DNA of 64,000 nucleotides from Mobula hypostoma (Eukaryota), in contig NC_086109.1 in the NCBI RefSeq assembly GCF_963921235.1, forward strand, positions 10,728,001-10,792,000, written 5' to 3'. The position numbers and the translations under genes were made by a program. Below are positions 63,101 to 64,000 of this stretch, piece by piece. The notes under the pieces were generated by a model. That model was given only the letters and a program-made list of their open reading frames with translations. It searched no databases and was not told where the DNA came from. Position 1 is the stretch's first letter. Each line of letters opens with the position of its first letter.

Positions 63101-64000
63101 GCCAATATATAAAGAAAGCACTTTCTGAAAATCTCTCTCAGATCTGATGTTCTGGTCACTGTAAAATTGTTCAGAAAGGAAAAGTGAATGTCAGGCTAGA
63201 CCCATGATGTGGCTTGTATGTTATATTCTTTCCTTCTCCAGGCCTTGTGTAATCCTCGGGTAGGGGTAAAAATAACAGATCACGTCTGGGTCATGCTGGA
63301 AGTTTTGGAAGAGTATTCTCCAAACCCTTTAGGCAACAACAACAGCAGCAAATCCCAGGGACTTTTTATTGTAATACAGCATATTGTATCTGTCCAATGG
63401 CCTGAATTATCTTTTGACAAGAGGTCCTCATCCATATTCTAGCCAAAGCTTGTTTCTGAAGATTGGTCAGCCTTGATTTTATTTAGAGATACAGCAGGAT
63501 AACAGGCGCTTCCAACGAGCCCGTGCTGCCCATCTACACCCATGTGACCAATGAACCACTAACCCTTATCTCTTTGAATTGTGGGAGGAAACCAGAGCAC
63601 CTGGGGTTAACTCATACAGTCAACGAGAGAACATATAAACTCGGAATTAGAATCAGGTTTATTATCAGCATATGTGATGTGAAATTTGTTAACTTAGCAG
63701 CAGCAGTTCAATGCAATGCATAATATAGAAGGGGGGAAAAGGTTAAAGATAAATAAATTATTAAATATATTAGAATAGATTAAAAATCATACAAAAACAG
63801 AAATAATGTATATTTAAAAAGTGAGGTAGTGTCCATCTAGGAATAGGATGGCAGAGGGGAAGAAGCTGAGTGTGTGCCTTCAGGCTTCTGTACCTCCTAC
63901 CTGATGGTAACAGTGAGAAAAGGGCATCCCCTGGGTTCTGGAGGTCTTTAATAACGGACTCTGCCTTTCTGAGACACCGCTTCGTGAAGATGTCCTGGGT

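Noticed and set aside
1..64000. Six-frame ORFs as host genes
   Set aside because: Those with recognisable motifs are LINE, PLE or transposase remnants; recurring peptides such as MLVNAAGQAA... and VSPDEGSRPETST are translations of the non-coding hammerhead pseudo-LTR.

Overview
Repeat-dense eukaryotic DNA, almost certainly intronic or intergenic. The mix of CR1 LINEs, Rex1/Babar LINEs, V-domain tRNA-SINEs (HE1-like), Penelope-like elements (PLEs), RTE derivatives and Tc1/hAT/Harbinger MITEs points to a cartilaginous fish, possibly a ray (inference from repeat content only). I found no intact host gene, rRNA, true tRNA gene or CRISPR array, and nearly all listed ORFs are transposon remnants or chance frames. 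The most coherent system is a PLE family whose pseudo-LTR carries a minimal type I hammerhead ribozyme: about ten recognisable copies plus decayed ones. Several of these insertions are inverted fold-backs with 11-16 bp target-site duplications (TSDs) and a 30-36 nt 3' tail on one arm only, ranging from a 1.2-kb near-perfect hairpin down to a 138-bp mini-element. Hammerheads in PLEs are known in general, so any novelty is lineage- and architecture-level. Other oddities: a composite MITE whose two ends are themselves palindromic mini-MITEs, a perfect 62-bp palindrome inside a CR1, modular tRNA-SINEs, a 48-bp minisatellite open on both strands, and a diverged ~270-bp duplication around a Rex1. 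All family assignments are by eye and boundaries of old fragments are approximate.
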